From an uncultured delta proteobacterium (GTDB taxonomy: Bacteria; Desulfobacterota; Binatia; UBA9968): a stretch of 64,000 bases of DNA. A model generated the notes under the pieces. The model made no database searches and was not told where the DNA came from. It was given only the letters and a program-made list of their open reading frames with translations. Positions 61,849 through 64,000 of this stretch are shown piece by piece (within the stretch, counting starts at the first letter, position 1; each line of letters begins with the position of its first letter). Location of the stretch: contig CAVUZH010000014.1 of NCBI GenBank assembly GCA_963745835.1, positions 64,001-128,000 of the forward strand, written 5' to 3'. The translations under genes and the position numbers were made by a program.

Positions 61849-61953
61849 TTAATTTAACAATGAGTATAGAACCTGAGCAGCCGCATAAAACACCGTAGAA
61901 CCCACAACCAACCAGACCACACCCTTCAACCATAAGGGGAAATCAGCCATCAT
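61849..61953 (-). CDS. Unannotated 34-aa single-TM small protein
   Basis: AAGGAG RBS; MMADFPLWLKGVVWLVVGSTVFYAAAQVLYSLLN*. Confidence 0.6.
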   Translation of the reverse strand: MMADFPLWLKGVVWLVVGSTVFYAAAQVLYSLLN

Positions 61954-62063
61954 CGTCTCCTTGCGTCTCGATACTTTAGCACCAATCACCTGCAGCCGAT
62001 TGGGCTCTCTGGGGCGAAACTTAGCGGAGGCTAGAGCGGGAGAACGAAAGACAGATGAAGCGC

Positions 62064-62366
62064 TCAGATCAAATAGACCTGGTTGACTTTGTGAAGTTTG
62101 AAGACTTTGTGAGAGAGGCTGGGGACATAGCTGGCAGTGAACTCAAGATAATGCTCGGGCAAGCTCGCGTAACGCAGAAGCGGGCGGTCCGCAGATTCGA
62201 CGATGTTACCAGCGAGGAGACCCGCTGATCCGGCGCCGCGAAAAAGAGTATCGGCGGAATTGTGGAGCTCAATCCGGTCCGGGAAATCCAAATCTTCAAT
62301 GACGTCATATCCGGAAAGAATCACCCACGAAAGAGCGAGCAACAGCGCGAGCCGTTTTCGGAGCAT
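62064..62366 (-). CDS. Small exported/membrane-anchored hypothetical protein
   Basis: Hydrophobic N-terminus; C-terminus KLHKVNQVYLI*. Confidence 0.65.
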   Translation of the reverse strand: MLRKRLALLLALSWVILSGYDVIEDLDFPDRIELHNSADTLFRGAGSAGLLAGNIVESADRPLLRYASLPEHYLEFTASYVPSLSHKVFKLHKVNQVYLI

Positions 62367-62546
62367 AGACGATACTCTCCCGGCCTGCGGCAGATGTCAA
62401 TCAAGTTTATTTCGCTAAGCGCTCTTCGTCGGATGCGCGTTCGCTGAACCTTATATACAAAAAGTAAATTAGACCTCTCTAAAATACCATGAACGAACTC
62501 TAAGTTTTTAGTCGCTCTTTGCCAACCGGATGGCCAGCTGGGAGTG

Positions 62547-64000
62547 TTACTCTGCCGGTCGCACACGACAGAGATAAGATCGATGCGGCAGCGAGCCGCT
62601 GATTGGATCGGCGACATCAGAGCCAATTAGCAGGCTGGGGTTTGCCGAACCAACCCCGACCGAGGCGTAGCCGGGAAGGTCGAGTTGCTTACATTCCTGC
62701 CACCACCCATGCTGGCAACAGACGACACCCGGAGCTATAGAGTCCGTGACACGCGCCCTTGCGGTGATCGCCCCACGAGGGCTTTCGATAATCATCCAGT
62801 CACGGTTCTTGATTCCGTAAGACACTGCTGTATCGGGATGAATATCCGCGGTTGGCTCGGGCGATGACTTACGCAGACTGGAGAGACCGCGCAGCTGGCT
62901 ATGGATGTAAGTTGTAAACTTCGCGTTGGTCAGCACCAGTGGGTATTCGTCGGCCAGATCGCTCCGGCTGAGTGGGCCGATCAAAGGTTCCACATACTCG
63001 GGCAGAGGTGAAAAGCCATGAGCGGCAAACGTATGCGAGTAGATCTCCACTTTCTTATCCGGCGTGTTAAACCCGCGAGCAATGCCGTGCTCATTGTTTG
63101 CGGCGAATTTTCGATAACGCGGCGTCGCGGCAACGCTGATTCCTCCTGCAGACCTTTTGAGTTGCGCAAGGGTTACGCCGGTTGGCTGCAACTCGTGCTC
63201 GTAGCCAGCTTCTATATCGCCTTCCCAGAACTCACGGCCGACACCCACGCGTTTAGCTAATTCGAAGATCATCCAGGTATCCGAACGTCGCTCGGCCAGA
63301 GGGGGAACCACCGCTGAGCGATATTGTAAATGAAGTTTTCCTGTTGGCCGGTGTTCAAATCCGGCGGCTAAATTGCCCATCTCAAGAAAGCTTGTGGCCG
63401 GCAAAACATAATCGCAGAGTTCCGCTGTAGGCGTCATGAATAGCTCGGTGGCCACAGCAAAATCGAGAGCGCGAAACGCCTCTCGCGCCCGCTGCGAATC
63501 GCCGGTAGACATAATGGTATTGGAGCCGAAATTCAAAACTGCCTTGACCGGATACGGAATGCCTTCGAGGATGGCGGTAAAAATGTCGTACGCGGCGCAA
63601 TTGCCGGGTTTCGCCGGTGGTCCAAGCGGTTTACGCTCGCGCCCGATCCTCTGGAGTGCGACGTTCTGTGGCAGAAATTCTTTACCCGAGACAGCGTTGA
63701 CTGGCGCCTTAGGGAAAACTACGTTGCCGCCGGGCCGGTCAAAATCCCCTAAAAGGGCGTACAGCGTTGCAATCGCCCGACTGGTCTGTGTCGCATTGGT
63801 GTGCTGCCCCACGCCATTGTGCATATACAAGCTGACCGGGCGATTCGCCGCCAGCAGATGCGCTGCCTGCCTGACCTTCTCACCGGACACCCAAGTAATA
63901 GCTTGGGAGCGCGCAGCATTATGAGTCGCTGCGAGAACTGCAAGCGCGGCGAACACCGGCTGGCAGAGAATTTCTTGGCCGGTTTTCGTTTTGATACTGC
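62547..64000 (-). CDS. Molybdopterin (bis-MGD) oxidoreductase, 5' part outside the window
   Basis: GDFDRPGG, PYPVKA, FMTPTAELCDYVLPA, IHPDTA, HGWW; frame open to the window edge. Confidence 0.9.
   Translation of the reverse strand, partial: SIKTKTGQEILCQPVFAALAVLAATHNAARSQAITWVSGEKVRQAAHLLAANRPVSLYMHNGVGQHTNATQTSRAIATLYALLGDFDRPGGNVVFPKAPVNAVSGKEFLPQNVALQRIGRERKPLGPPAKPGNCAAYDIFTAILEGIPYPVKAVLNFGSNTIMSTGDSQRAREAFRALDFAVATELFMTPTAELCDYVLPATSFLEMGNLAAGFEHRPTGKLHLQYRSAVVPPLAERRSDTWMIFELAKRVGVGREFWEGDIEAGYEHELQPTGVTLAQLKRSAGGISVAATPRYRKFAANNEHGIARGFNTPDKKVEIYSHTFAAHGFSPLPEYVEPLIGPLSRSDLADEYPLVLTNAKFTTYIHSQLRGLSSLRKSSPEPTADIHPDTAVSYGIKNRDWMIIESPRGAITARARVTDSIAPGVVCCQHGWWQECKQLDLPGYASVGVGSANPSLLIGSDVADPISGSLPHRSYLCRVRPAE

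Overview
Bacterial chromosomal window with moderately high GC. Gene content and repeat style suggest Candidatus Binatia or a related deltaproteobacterium (inference only). Core genes: addAB; a long minus-strand run merR-like-mutS-amidase-glnD-xerD-site-2 protease-trpS-scpA-scpB-rluB; oppA/oppB/oppC; moeB; a CNNM transporter. Accessory content: five orphan NMT1/SsuA-type solute-binding proteins; a six-gene catabolic operon (dipeptidase, lone Mo-hydroxylase large subunit, atypical M20 hydrolase, LLM oxygenase, two SBPs); a three-part biotin carboxylase with an altered carboxyltransferase pocket between oppA and oppB; a Cache/PAS kinase with an NtrC-type activator and three sigma-54 promoter motifs; a 3-kb SBP + 2xVOC cassette bounded by a ~190-bp duplication of a host gene 3' end; several small unannotated proteins. 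A cluster of single-base frameshifts, including one in trpS, most likely reflects sequencing error. I saw no tRNA, rRNA, CRISPR array, transposase or prophage. No single system is proven novel. The best candidates are the divergent carboxylase, the McdR-like regulator heading the mutS operon, the direct-repeat cassette and the small-protein locus near 62 kb.
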